The translations under genes were made by a program, and so were the position numbers. This document shows, piece by piece, positions 36,732 through 46,832 of a stretch of DNA of 64,000 nt. Below the pieces are notes generated by a model. It worked only from the letters and a program-made list of their open reading frames with translations, was not told the DNA's origin and did no database searches. The stretch is from IMG/VR virus record IMGVR_UViG_3300021387_000452. The stretch is one strand, 5' to 3'. The first letter of the stretch is position 1. Each line of letters opens with the position of its first letter. Source of the DNA: a virus (taxonomy: Duplodnaviria > Caudoviricetes).

Positions 36732-38045
36732 TTAAGCAAATTCTGGGTTGAGATCTCCAAGAATTAGATCAGACAAATAATCTTTAATTTCAGCTTCTGA
36801 TGTATCATAAAAAGACACTGGTGCGATATCAGTATCACTTGGCATAATGACTATCTCTTCATCTTTGTCATTGTAATATAACTCTGCAACCTCATCACCT
36901 CTGTAGAATAAATCTACAGCTTTATCAGTGTAGTGGTCGAAATAAAGTGTATGACCAAAGATCTTAATTAGAAAGCTTTGAACATTTCTAAGAAGATCTC
37001 TGCCAACATCACTTAAGAATCCCTCAACGACTATTGGAGAAGTCTGTCTTTTGCATTCGTGCTTATTTGCCCAGTATGCTCGTAATGCAGCTTCAGCATC
37101 AGCTTTTGTATCATAGTCAGCATCCCAATAATCTTTTCTATTCTTTTTTAGAATCTTCCATTTATTGCCAACTTTACGAATTACACCATCATCTTCAGAT
37201 TCAGTTAGCCATGATTTTGTGTGATCAACTGCAGTAACATTTTTATAATTAGCTCTGTTCTTTTTAAGCTCAGCGCCATTTATTATGATATTTATTAGAC
37301 TATGAAAGTCAAGCCACTTATCGACTATAATAACTCTACCATTACCATCACCAGCTAAGAACTTGCAAATATCGCCGTCAAAGTTATTTAGCTTTGGGTT
37401 AGATAGTACAATTGATTTAAACTTAGCATCTTTAAATTTATTGTACATTTCGTGATTGAATGATTTCACATACTTGTCATCTTCACTACGTGGAGTTATG
37501 TACAACTTACCTTCTACTGGAAATGGCTTATTAGTTTTACCGTCGACTAACATGGTTACAGATGGCTGTCCAGAAGACTCATTAAATCTCCACTTTGATT
37601 TACGATCAACTGACTCATTCATTCTATCAATGATTCTTTCTAAAGCATATCCAATACAAGAAAGAATAACTCTACGATTATCTCTAATAAGAGATATAGA
37701 ATCTCCAGTCTGAGGAACTATATTTCTTGTAAGAGGCTCACTTTCATCTCCGACTTTAATAGTCCATTCTTGAGTTTCCATATTGCAAATTATTCTGCAA
37801 TCTTCACCAAACATATTCTTTAGAGCGCTCCAATATTTCATATGTACTCTTTTTTGAATACGTCTATAAAATGTAGACATGTCAAATTTGCAAGTTGCAG
37901 TTTTGCCTCTAAAAGATACGTCAGTTAGATTACATGACTTACATAAATATGTAAAGACTTTCTCCTTTTCAGAAAAGTCTTCAGCCTCATTCATAACTTT
38001 AGCTAGAGATTCAAGTCTAGCAATTCGTCTTTCTATATTACTCAT
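36732..38045 (-). CDS. multi-domain LExRIxxLE-tag protein
   Basis: GGAG + MSNIERRIARLESLAKVMNEA; internal MNES, FNES, LTES. Confidence 0.7.
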   Translation of the reverse strand: MSNIERRIARLESLAKVMNEAEDFSEKEKVFTYLCKSCNLTDVSFRGKTATCKFDMSTFYRRIQKRVHMKYWSALKNMFGEDCRIICNMETQEWTIKVGDESEPLTRNIVPQTGDSISLIRDNRRVILSCIGYALERIIDRMNESVDRKSKWRFNESSGQPSVTMLVDGKTNKPFPVEGKLYITPRSEDDKYVKSFNHEMYNKFKDAKFKSIVLSNPKLNNFDGDICKFLAGDGNGRVIIVDKWLDFHSLINIIINGAELKKNRANYKNVTAVDHTKSWLTESEDDGVIRKVGNKWKILKKNRKDYWDADYDTKADAEAALRAYWANKHECKRQTSPIVVEGFLSDVGRDLLRNVQSFLIKIFGHTLYFDHYTDKAVDLFYRGDEVAELYYNDKDEEIVIMPSDTDIAPVSFYDTSEAEIKDYLSDLILGDLNPEFA

Positions 38046-38056
38046 ATGATATCTCC

Positions 38057-38656
38057 CTAGTCCCAGTATGGGTACATAGCTTTCAATAATGAATTGGCTA
38101 TCTCTTCTGCCCATCCGTTGAGCGTATCATCTGAATAATCATCAGCCTCAGCTGAATCTACTCTTAAGTAGCAGTCATTAAATTCAACATCTGACCCATC
38201 ATCATACATAACTGATGTAGAGCCATAGTCAACATATGTAGGCTCACCCTGGTAAAAAGATATGTCATATACCATTGACGTTGATAAAACAATCATAGCA
38301 TATAGTTCATTATCACTCTTCATACGAAGAGTATAGCATGGAGTCTCATCGTACATGTCTAATTCAACAGTGCCACTCTCACCTTTATCAATTGCACTAT
38401 CTTCGCCCCAGTGGCATCTAGAATAACGATTTTTTGGTAGCCAGATTTTTTCAGCTGCTGTAGAAAAGTCATCTATTTCAAGAAGATCTTTGACAATAAC
38501 ACCACATGCTTCTTTAGCTGAATTAGCAGTTCCTATGACTTCGCCGTCATAGTTCATTGAAGACCATCTAACAACTTCAACTAAATTACTGTTATCTTCT
38601 TTAAGAAGTCTTTCTAGCCTAGCAACTCTCTGTTCTAATGTAAGTTTTTTCTTCAT
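38057..38656 (-). CDS. LExRVxxLE-tag protein
   Basis: GGAGG + MKKKLTLEQRVARLERLLKED. Confidence 0.7.
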   Translation of the reverse strand: MKKKLTLEQRVARLERLLKEDNSNLVEVVRWSSMNYDGEVIGTANSAKEACGVIVKDLLEIDDFSTAAEKIWLPKNRYSRCHWGEDSAIDKGESGTVELDMYDETPCYTLRMKSDNELYAMIVLSTSMVYDISFYQGEPTYVDYGSTSVMYDDGSDVEFNDCYLRVDSAEADDYSDDTLNGWAEEIANSLLKAMYPYWD

Positions 38657-38678
38657 GTTGTCCTCCATAATAGTATGA

Positions 38679-39512
38679 TTATAACCATTTGGCAATAACG
38701 CCTCGTTCCATATACTCGGCGACTTTTTTCTTAAACTCACTCCATCTTCTATCACCATCCTCTGGCGGCCATATAAGCGGCTGAGGGCACAGCTTGCCAG
38801 TTGCGTCCCCATGACGAATAATATGATCTAGCTTAATCTTGTAGACATTTGCTAGATATGCTACAGTCTTTGCAACGTTCTCTACTGCTTCATCTTTAAA
38901 GTACCAATCTTTATCTGTTGCCTTTTTACTATATTTAGAATGTTTCCATACGCATATGTCAACACCTAATGAATAATAATTACCTTTAAAATCATCACCT
39001 TCAGATTGCCATTTTAAATGATTTTTAGCAGCTAAATCATATCTCCAGTCGCTTGCTTTGTAGTTAGCGAGCTGCTCCAATGTCATCTCTTTACCGCTTT
39101 TTGGCTGCTGAACTTTACCACCACATACATGCCAAGCTGCATACTTCAATGGAACTGCAGAGTAAATATCTTTTTCATCAATATAGAAATGAGAAGATGC
39201 GCCTGTGTTATTCTTCATCGCTTTGCACATTTGCTTAGCACTTACATTCATACACGCAGTATAATGAACAACAATCCAAGATGGTGGGTTACTGAACTTC
39301 TTACCATGCGCATATTCATAAATCGGGTTATGAATCTTAATTTCAACAGGCTCTTTTTTAGCTAGAGTTGCTACAGTAGGCTCTGTCTCTGTCTTTGAAG
39401 TCTCAAATAAATCAGCGTCAGAAGTAGCAATCTCAGTTACTTTCTTCTCTATTCTAATGTCATTCATTACGCTTTTAAGAGCGCAACCAATCTTACTACA
39501 CCAATTTAACAT
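38679..39512 (-). CDS. N-acetylmuramoyl-L-alanine amidase (endolysin-like)
   Basis: IVVHYTA, ASSHFYID, AWH, IIRH.DATGKLCP. Confidence 0.9.
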   Translation of the reverse strand: MLNWCSKIGCALKSVMNDIRIEKKVTEIATSDADLFETSKTETEPTVATLAKKEPVEIKIHNPIYEYAHGKKFSNPPSWIVVHYTACMNVSAKQMCKAMKNNTGASSHFYIDEKDIYSAVPLKYAAWHVCGGKVQQPKSGKEMTLEQLANYKASDWRYDLAAKNHLKWQSEGDDFKGNYYSLGVDICVWKHSKYSKKATDKDWYFKDEAVENVAKTVAYLANVYKIKLDHIIRHGDATGKLCPQPLIWPPEDGDRRWSEFKKKVAEYMERGVIAKWL

Positions 39513-39546
39513 TTGTATAAACCTCAATCATTTCAGTATAAAACAA

Positions 39547-39577
39547 AAGCGCGGCTGTAGAATAGCATACCGCGCTT
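39547..39577 (-). terminator. intrinsic terminator
   Basis: AAGCGCGG/CCGCGCTT + T tract. Confidence 0.7.
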
Positions 39578-39597
39578 ATAATTAGTAGCAATTACTT

Positions 39598-40305
39598 TTA
39601 ACGCCAACCATGATATAGACTATTGTGACGACGCTCTTGATCAGCTAAAGTTTCCCAATCACTGTCAGAGTCTCCCCACTGCCGTCGATATTTTGGTGCT
39701 TGGAACGTTGGAGATTTCTTAAGTGTAAACTCAAGAACTGGTAAATCAGTTCCGTCTCCAGAAGCATACTGATTAAAATCAATTATACATTTATGAATCT
39801 TACAGAATGCACCAATAATCTTTTTAATTTCAACTTCATTAGTTAGTGTGTAGCTATCGTTTGTATAATATGCAGACCTATCAGGAGTGTTTGGGTGCGC
39901 ATATCGGCCAGGTTTTCCAGGTATAGGTGCTACATCATTGGGGCCATAATCTTTTGGATCAATACTATCATCTGTGATAATATTATGTCTATCTGCAACA
40001 CTATCAAACTCCCAGTCACCAATTGTCATGTTTAATACCGTAACTCTGGGGTATCTACCATTTTCATAGTAGTGATAGTTTCCTTCTAAACTATTGCCTT
40101 TGGGATTTACTTTGCGGCTTTTGAAAAGCATATTTAACAAGATCATTAAATAATCTTTAGATGACTTTGGCTGTTCAGCAGCATCATCTTCAAGAAGCAT
40201 TTTCTCTAATTTTGCAACTCTTGACTCTAAAGATTCTTTTTTATTTTTAATGAGCTTACTTTCTAGCGCCTCAATACGACGCTCAAGTTGTTCTCTACTA
40301 ATCAT
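39598..40305 (-). CDS. protein with two tandem N-terminal tags
   Basis: LERRIEALE...KES-LESRVAKLEKMLLED. Confidence 0.72.
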   Translation of the reverse strand: MISREQLERRIEALESKLIKNKKESLESRVAKLEKMLLEDDAAEQPKSSKDYLMILLNMLFKSRKVNPKGNSLEGNYHYYENGRYPRVTVLNMTIGDWEFDSVADRHNIITDDSIDPKDYGPNDVAPIPGKPGRYAHPNTPDRSAYYTNDSYTLTNEVEIKKIIGAFCKIHKCIIDFNQYASGDGTDLPVLEFTLKKSPTFQAPKYRRQWGDSDSDWETLADQERRHNSLYHGWR

Positions 40306-40330
40306 CTATAACCTCCCTTAAGTATATTTG

Positions 40331-40807
40331 TCATTTATGCCAAAAGTGATGCGTAATATCATCAACTGATATGTTGTTACTATCTCTTTTTATAAAGTAT
40401 AATCTCTGATTTGTAGTTGGTGAATTTAGTGGGCCTAGCTCTTTTATGTATGGGCCTACTTTGATATAATCAAAGTATTGACAATAGTAACTAAGATCTA
40501 GTGCTGATTCACCACTATACCACCCAACTAGCAAGTCATAGTTATTTTTTATATGCTTTGCAAAACTAACAAGCGACGCTTTATCATTATCTCCACCAAG
40601 GAATAGAATGCATGTAATTCCGCTATGCTTATTTATAAGATCATCAATAATATCTGTAGTAAGCTCATCACCACAATCAGTCTGTAGATATGAGCTATGA
40701 CAGCCAGGACATCTATGCGGACACAATGATAAATTAATGCCTAAGCTAATTTCGTCCATAAGCTCTGCGAAGCAAACTGAAGTGTCTTCTGGTATGTACT
40801 TAATCAT
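40331..40807 (-). CDS. nrdG: anaerobic RNR activase (radical SAM)
   Basis: CPHRCPGCHS, FLGGD, DYIKVGPY, TTNQRLY. Confidence 0.9.
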   Translation of the reverse strand: MIKYIPEDTSVCFAELMDEISLGINLSLCPHRCPGCHSSYLQTDCGDELTTDIIDDLINKHSGITCILFLGGDNDKASLVSFAKHIKNNYDLLVGWYSGESALDLSYYCQYFDYIKVGPYIKELGPLNSPTTNQRLYFIKRDSNNISVDDITHHFWHK

Positions 40808-40812
40808 ATGTA

Positions 40813-41931
40813 TTAGTCTAACAACATTCTTTCAAGTCTACGAACTCTGATTTCTAATGACTCTTGTTTAGCACCGGCGGCTATTAATAACTTCTTAATC
40901 GTGGCTTTTTTGGTAAGTGATAATGCGCTGTCTCCATATTGTGTTGAAGCATTTACATCAGCACCACTACTAAGTAGTAGCTTAACTGTCTTTACAAGGC
41001 CATTATCGCAAGCCCATATAAGTGGTGTCCTATCTTGCCAACCACGAATGTTTATATCAGCGCCGCTATCAATTATAGCTTTAATTGCTGATAAGATAAG
41101 ATCAGATTCTTTTCTTGCTGAGCAAAGCTTAATCAGTACTGGCTCTCCATCGATTGATGTAATTTTATTAGCGTCAGCACCAGACTCAACAAGCTCAATC
41201 AGCTTAGTGAGTGTACTTTCACTAAATACTGAATTATTCATCACCAATTCTTGAGCTTGTGCAGTTTCACCAGTTATGCTACTAGAGTTACTATCATTAC
41301 TGTTTTTATCTGCCAACTTTGCTTTGAGTGGGTCTTGATATTTATCTACATCTTTGAATCGCTGAAGTATATAATCATCTGCAGTAAGCTTTATACCATT
41401 TTTATTGCAGTACTTCTTTAAAGCAGTCATGTCTCTGATGATACTATCTTTTGTAGAGAAGCGACTTTCTCCTGGCTTTCTATTACCGGGATCTTCATTG
41501 AATCTTACTATGATTTCTTTAATGTACTTAGATACATTTTTGATAGGTCTATCAACGCATTCTTCATGCTGGCGATCCATCCATACTCTCTTCTTCTTAC
41601 CGGTTACTGGGTCCTTAGCAAAGCCTGGTATTCTACCTTTGTCATTCTCTATATTTACAAAATCATTATATGAAAAGATATGATAATTTTCTGATAGTTT
41701 ATCACCATCTACTACAATAGTAGCAATAACATCTGAGCCGGTAAGCCACTTTATATTTTCAAGATTTCTACTTCTTGAAAAGTATATTACGTCTTTTTTA
41801 CCAGTGATCTTATTTGGCTCATACATGCCAGATGCTTGTAGAATATCACTAGACACCATGTAAGATACTAAGCTCGACAGTGATGTTGTATGATATAATG
41901 TACCTACTTGTTTTGATTCATTCTTTATCAT
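40813..41931 (-). CDS. ADP-ribosyltransferase-like domain + ankyrin repeats + C-terminal tag
   Basis: LYHTTS / YFSRS / QHEE; TPLIWAC..G....VKLLL..GADVN; ends QESLEIRVRRLERMLLD. Confidence 0.65.
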   Translation of the reverse strand: MIKNESKQVGTLYHTTSLSSLVSYMVSSDILQASGMYEPNKITGKKDVIYFSRSRNLENIKWLTGSDVIATIVVDGDKLSENYHIFSYNDFVNIENDKGRIPGFAKDPVTGKKKRVWMDRQHEECVDRPIKNVSKYIKEIIVRFNEDPGNRKPGESRFSTKDSIIRDMTALKKYCNKNGIKLTADDYILQRFKDVDKYQDPLKAKLADKNSNDSNSSSITGETAQAQELVMNNSVFSESTLTKLIELVESGADANKITSIDGEPVLIKLCSARKESDLILSAIKAIIDSGADINIRGWQDRTPLIWACDNGLVKTVKLLLSSGADVNASTQYGDSALSLTKKATIKKLLIAAGAKQESLEIRVRRLERMLLD

Positions 41932-41935
41932 TATC

Positions 41936-43393
41936 TTAATCCCAGTCTAAGTCAGCAAATCTACTTGAAATCTTATTTGATTGATACGCTTGCTCTTCAT
42001 CTTGCGGAACAGTGATGTCATATACTGGATCATATGATATATCATTAAATGCTCTTTCTAGAGATTGAACAATAATGTCCACAAGATTATCAATAGCAAA
42101 ATCAAATGCAGAGTCATTTTCAGAGTTACGAGAATCTAGCGCTCTTTTATATATAGCATCTGCATTACCAACGATCTTCTGAGCTTTATGGTTAACAGTT
42201 AGTGATATGACGCCATCAATTGCTTTAATTCTACAGAGATAAGAGTCAGAGCTTCCTGTTGGAGAGAACCAAAATGAAATACCAAGCTTCATCTTATTTC
42301 TCTTAATACATTTAATTAGATTGTTCTTGATGTTTGCTTTCTCTTTAAGAGATATGATGTACTTGATCTGATTCTTTAGCTTCTTTTGATAGAATTTATT
42401 GAATAACTGTCCACTTCTAGTTACAAAGAATTTATAGACAGCAGTTGGAGATTCACTATTTACTGTATAACCCATGTAATTAAGAACTCTGCCGACGATG
42501 GTCCATAGCTGAGGGCACTCATCTGGAGTTACAGATACAGCTCTTGATAGCATTTCTCTAGTGATATTAACATCAGCTTTAATATCTTTCATTAAAGCTT
42601 TCTTTACATTCGCAGATTTCTTAAGATCAACTTTGTGTGTCTCTTCTAAGTCTGACATCTGATGAGCGTTGAACTCTGTTAAAGTAAATAGCTTATATAA
42701 GACAATACTTATTGCATTGACACATCTAGAAGTGCTACCAAGAGTAAAGAAATCATTTGCCAAAAGCTCTCCAATCTCTGATCTATTAGCACAGCCAAGA
42801 TACGCGCACGTAGACAAGAAGCTTTCACCAACGCCAGGATTATTCTTTTGTTTTGCTAATCTGTCATCTTTACTCGTGTGATCAAATGCATGTGTTAGCT
42901 CATGCTCAATTGTAGAGCGAATATCGGCTTTTTTAATAGATTTCTCAATATTATCTAAATCATGAACTTTTACTAAGACAACAAGCTCATTAGTAGATGG
43001 AACAAAGAATCCACCAGTGTTATGAACATCTACATCTCCATGATATTTTTGCTGAAGCATTCTATTGCAATCATCTTCTCTGTCTACATCAATGAAGTAT
43101 GTCGAAATGTAAATGTCTCTGGTGTTAGAGCCACTATCTCCTGTAGAGACTTTGTTCTTAAGAAGGAAATATCCATTTCTATCTAACTGCCCTCTAACTT
43201 TGTCAGTATTTTCTTTAATGTAACTAAAGTAAAACTTTGTGATATTTGACAAGCTTAAAGAAGCAGATGAAACACTAATCGCTTCTAAATATCTTTTGCG
43301 TAAATATGTAGCCATAGTATTATAGTCCCCAGTAATATAAGAAGCTTTTAAGCTTCTTATATTACGTAAATGAAAATCACTCTTCAGCGCCAT
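41936..43393 (-). CDS. HExxH zincin-like protein
   Basis: IEHELTHAFD plus downstream TEFNAH. Confidence 0.6.
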   Translation of the reverse strand: MALKSDFHLRNIRSLKASYITGDYNTMATYLRKRYLEAISVSSASLSLSNITKFYFSYIKENTDKVRGQLDRNGYFLLKNKVSTGDSGSNTRDIYISTYFIDVDREDDCNRMLQQKYHGDVDVHNTGGFFVPSTNELVVLVKVHDLDNIEKSIKKADIRSTIEHELTHAFDHTSKDDRLAKQKNNPGVGESFLSTCAYLGCANRSEIGELLANDFFTLGSTSRCVNAISIVLYKLFTLTEFNAHQMSDLEETHKVDLKKSANVKKALMKDIKADVNITREMLSRAVSVTPDECPQLWTIVGRVLNYMGYTVNSESPTAVYKFFVTRSGQLFNKFYQKKLKNQIKYIISLKEKANIKNNLIKCIKRNKMKLGISFWFSPTGSSDSYLCRIKAIDGVISLTVNHKAQKIVGNADAIYKRALDSRNSENDSAFDFAIDNLVDIIVQSLERAFNDISYDPVYDITVPQDEEQAYQSNKISSRFADLDWD

Positions 43394-44399
43394 GTTCTTT
43401 TAATAAAGACACATACTTAGCAACACGAGCATCTTTCTGATCCCATTTTAACGCTCTCTGTAAAAGAGTTTCACCGTACATATCTGGTACATTTGGATCT
43501 ATGCCAATTTCTAGTAAATATTCAACTACTTCTAGATTACCATCAGTCATAAATCTAGAAGCATCCCATAAAAGATCACTTGTTGGCTTTAGATTAGTGT
43601 TGTCTAATATGAGTTTTACTAGTGCTAAATTACCATTTACACACAAACGTCCAACATCTTTCAAGTTTACTTTAGCACCATTAACCAATAGTTCTTTTAC
43701 AGTATTATCTTTTGCGCGACTATTATTAAGACCAGTGAGAGCAGCTGCTAGTGGAGTAACTCCATTTCGTTTGTCATACGCATTTGGATCAGCGCCTGCT
43801 TTTAATAGCAACTTAACTATAGGATATGCAACCTGCATAGCCGCGCTACATATTGCTGGAGTACCTTGATATGATTCTACATTTGGATCAACACCAGACT
43901 TTAGTAGCTTTCTAACAGTTGCAGCATCACCATCATCAATTGCTTTAAGTAACTGATCGCTACCACCAATTCCAGATAAGTTAACACCGTCTACGACTGG
44001 TAAGTCTACATCTAGATATTCCATTGGCTCGTCTAAAGCATCCCATATTGATTTAATCTTACCATCTTTTGCTTGTAGAACACAGTACTTTTTGCGTGGG
44101 TCATTTTTATTTATGTAGAAATAAAACCCACCGTCTAAGTTGCGATTTCTAATAGTGTCTGCAAATACTTGCTCACCATTGCGTCTTCTTTCTGCAATAC
44201 CCCAGCCGGTGCTTTTACCATATTTCACTGCTGCTTTATATGAAGTTATTCTATACACTGTCCACTCTGAATCTTCATATAATACTATAACACCGTCATT
44301 ATCAGCTTCAAATGCTCGATGCTTATTACACTTATTAAGTCTTGCTTCAAGAAGCTCTACACGCTTCTCTAATGATCTATAACGCTCATTCATTATCAT
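43377..44399 (-). CDS. tag + PcfJ-like domain + ankyrin repeats
   Basis: LEKRVELLE; WTVY.I.SY.AA.KYG..TGW; several LL..G.DPN ankyrin repeats; ATATCTATA upstream (44442-50). Confidence 0.75.
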   Translation of the reverse strand: MIMNERYRSLEKRVELLEARLNKCNKHRAFEADNDGVIVLYEDSEWTVYRITSYKAAVKYGKSTGWGIAERRRNGEQVFADTIRNRNLDGGFYFYINKNDPRKKYCVLQAKDGKIKSIWDALDEPMEYLDVDLPVVDGVNLSGIGGSDQLLKAIDDGDAATVRKLLKSGVDPNVESYQGTPAICSAAMQVAYPIVKLLLKAGADPNAYDKRNGVTPLAAALTGLNNSRAKDNTVKELLVNGAKVNLKDVGRLCVNGNLALVKLILDNTNLKPTSDLLWDASRFMTDGNLEVVEYLLEIGIDPNVPDMYGETLLQRALKWDQKDARVAKYVSLLKEHGAEE

Positions 44400-44453
44400 T
44401 CTCCAAAGTAAATTAAGTAAAACACACTACAATATAATAACTATAGATATGTC

Positions 44454-44711
44454 TTACCCAATCATATCTGAGGTGTCGTCAATGTAGCTACTGAGATCAT
44501 ACAGCTTAATTCTCTTCTCAAGAGCTTCCATATAAGAACGCATTCCATTAAGCTGTTCCTGAAAAATACTCTCACATGCATGTGGTACTCTGTCATTTAG
44601 CACAGCATTTTCCAACTTCTCAGTACGAAGTTTTAGCTGCCAATACTCTGCTTTTAAACGACCTTTCCAATCCAACGATCCCATTAGTTTTACTGTGTCT
44701 GCTAATTCCAT
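44454..44711 (-). CDS. crAss001_48-like protein
   Basis: TVKLM.S.DW..RL.AEY.QL..R..KL...Q...M..Y...LE.R. Confidence 0.75.
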   Translation of the reverse strand: MELADTVKLMGSLDWKGRLKAEYWQLKLRTEKLENAVLNDRVPHACESIFQEQLNGMRSYMEALEKRIKLYDLSSYIDDTSDMIG

Positions 44712-44786
44712 ACACTTTTCTCCATAAAATAAAAGCCATTGTAGATTATATACACCCACAATGGCTTAGTTATTAACAAATGGTGT

Positions 44787-46805
44787 TTACTTTGCCTTAT
44801 ATCTGTTAAACTTTACATACTCACCAGAGTCATCTTCTTCAACTCTATTAAATACTCTTGTTTCAAACTCTCGCTTTCTTCCATCATTCCAATTTTTAAC
44901 TGCTGTGAGATACCCTATAATTCTAGTATAGAAATTCAAGTTCTTGCTATGACAAGATGGGCACTCATTAATTGGAGCATTAACTATCTTACCACAATCC
45001 TTGCATTCACTCATCGGAATATTGAATGTTAGATAGCTGCACCCAACCTGCGCGGCATATTCAAGTAGATGTCTATATTGTTTTGAAGATAAGTGAGAAT
45101 CTAAATTGATGTGCGCAGCTGAGCCACCATCTAGATAATCACCGATATAATCTCTTCCGTGCATTTTAATCTTATCAAGAACTGATAGTAATGGATCATT
45201 TGGCTTAAATACATAACTTGCGTATAAGTTTGTATCTTCAGGAACCCAATAACCATCATCTCGATCCCAATTGTAGTTCTTGATAGCGAGTGACTCAGCA
45301 GGCACCTGTTCTGTATTAAATACTAAGTGATGTTTGCTTGTTTTATCTTTATGCAATTCATTCTGTTCTTTGAAGAATGAGAATATCTCTTGACAGAATT
45401 TTGCATATTTATCATTAACATCACATCTAATACCCAGAAATTCAGCAGCTTGGTTTAATCCATTTAGCCCTAAAGTTAAATACTGCTTGTTTAGATCAAT
45501 GAATCCTGCACGATATGCTGGCAATAGATTTGCGTCATACATATCCCAAAGCAATTCATTATAGGCATGGTGGTATTTATACACTCTATCAAGTAACTTT
45601 GAGAGGTATTTCTTTAATGATGGGTAACATGAATCATCAAAAGTAAACATCTCTTCTCGCTTCTCAGATTCTTTTCTATACCAGCCTTGAATCAAGCGAT
45701 TAAGATTAAATGTAATTACTGATTTACTTCCAGTTTGTATTCCTACGTTCCCATTAGTAAAGTTAAACTCTTTTGTTTGTAGTTTGTTTTTCAACCGACA
45801 ACAGCTACTTAATGAATCAACAGTGTCTGAGATGTATGTGAAGAATGAATGACCTCTTGCATACTCATCATATACGAATTGCGCCATCTCTTCATCTTCA
45901 AACTTACCATCTTTGTATAGCAGTGTAACAGTCTCAACTGGGAATGTAAGAATAGTCTTTAGTCGTTCTGCATTAAACCACTTCATGAATTCCATTTGAA
46001 TCCATTTAAGTGATTCCCAGTCAGGTCGCGTACCATCTGGAAAATAAAATTCTCCAAACATGCCTTCAAAGAATGGCTTGTCAAAATATGAGAAGTTTAC
46101 AAACGCAGACTGAAAGCCACGGGCAGCTGCAGGTTGGTTTATCGTGTAGATAATCTGCTGCCAATATTGTTGGATCTCTTTTAAGATTGTTCTAGGCTCA
46201 CCACTTAGAGGTCTCTCAATAATTTCATCTTGACGAAGATAAAAATCATCTCCCCACTCTTTCTTGCAGAAATAAGTGAAATAAAGTAAAGCCTCGCTTA
46301 CTGCAACTGCTCCAGCAAACTGAGAACTAATTGCGAAAATCATATTACAAAATATACCACAGAATGACTTTAAATTCTTTGGTGAAGCTGATAAACCACC
46401 AAGGCCTTTAATTCCATCCATTAAAAATGGGTACATTGTAACTGAAACGCAATATGGAGCTACAGCACCAGCAAATGAAGATTCATCGTGCTTATAAATA
46501 ACATGATCTTCAAGATCTCTAATATATCGTTTTGCATTAAAGTCTGGATAAAGCTCTCTAAGCTTATTAACAACCATTGCTCGTGAGATTCTAATGTTGT
46601 CTGCTTTATGCGCTTCAGCATTTAAGATAGCTATGTTCTTATTTGCTACATTAGAGTTATCGTCCACTGTACTATTAGCAGCATTTGAAGCCTGCTTAAA
46701 TTTGTTAATAAACTCAATTTTATTTCTTACAAACTCATCCTCCACACTATCGTTCACTGAAAGCTCGATGATTTCACTTGAATTTGATACATTATCTACA
46801 ATCAT
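44787..46805 (-). CDS. nrdD: class III anaerobic ribonucleoside-triphosphate reductase
   Basis: IYKHDE, LTFPVET, SSCCRL, PAESL, CxxC/CxxC, TRIIGYL glycyl-radical motif. Confidence 0.96.
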   Translation of the reverse strand: MIVDNVSNSSEIIELSVNDSVEDEFVRNKIEFINKFKQASNAANSTVDDNSNVANKNIAILNAEAHKADNIRISRAMVVNKLRELYPDFNAKRYIRDLEDHVIYKHDESSFAGAVAPYCVSVTMYPFLMDGIKGLGGLSASPKNLKSFCGIFCNMIFAISSQFAGAVAVSEALLYFTYFCKKEWGDDFYLRQDEIIERPLSGEPRTILKEIQQYWQQIIYTINQPAAARGFQSAFVNFSYFDKPFFEGMFGEFYFPDGTRPDWESLKWIQMEFMKWFNAERLKTILTFPVETVTLLYKDGKFEDEEMAQFVYDEYARGHSFFTYISDTVDSLSSCCRLKNKLQTKEFNFTNGNVGIQTGSKSVITFNLNRLIQGWYRKESEKREEMFTFDDSCYPSLKKYLSKLLDRVYKYHHAYNELLWDMYDANLLPAYRAGFIDLNKQYLTLGLNGLNQAAEFLGIRCDVNDKYAKFCQEIFSFFKEQNELHKDKTSKHHLVFNTEQVPAESLAIKNYNWDRDDGYWVPEDTNLYASYVFKPNDPLLSVLDKIKMHGRDYIGDYLDGGSAAHINLDSHLSSKQYRHLLEYAAQVGCSYLTFNIPMSECKDCGKIVNAPINECPSCHSKNLNFYTRIIGYLTAVKNWNDGRKREFETRVFNRVEEDDSGEYVKFNRYKAK

Positions 46806-46832
46806 AAAACAAATTCCCCTAAACGCAGATTA

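Noticed and set aside
44454-44711. Member of the LExRIxxLE tag set (ALEKRIKL)
   Set aside because: The motif is an integral part of the crAss001_48-like helical family rather than an appended tag.
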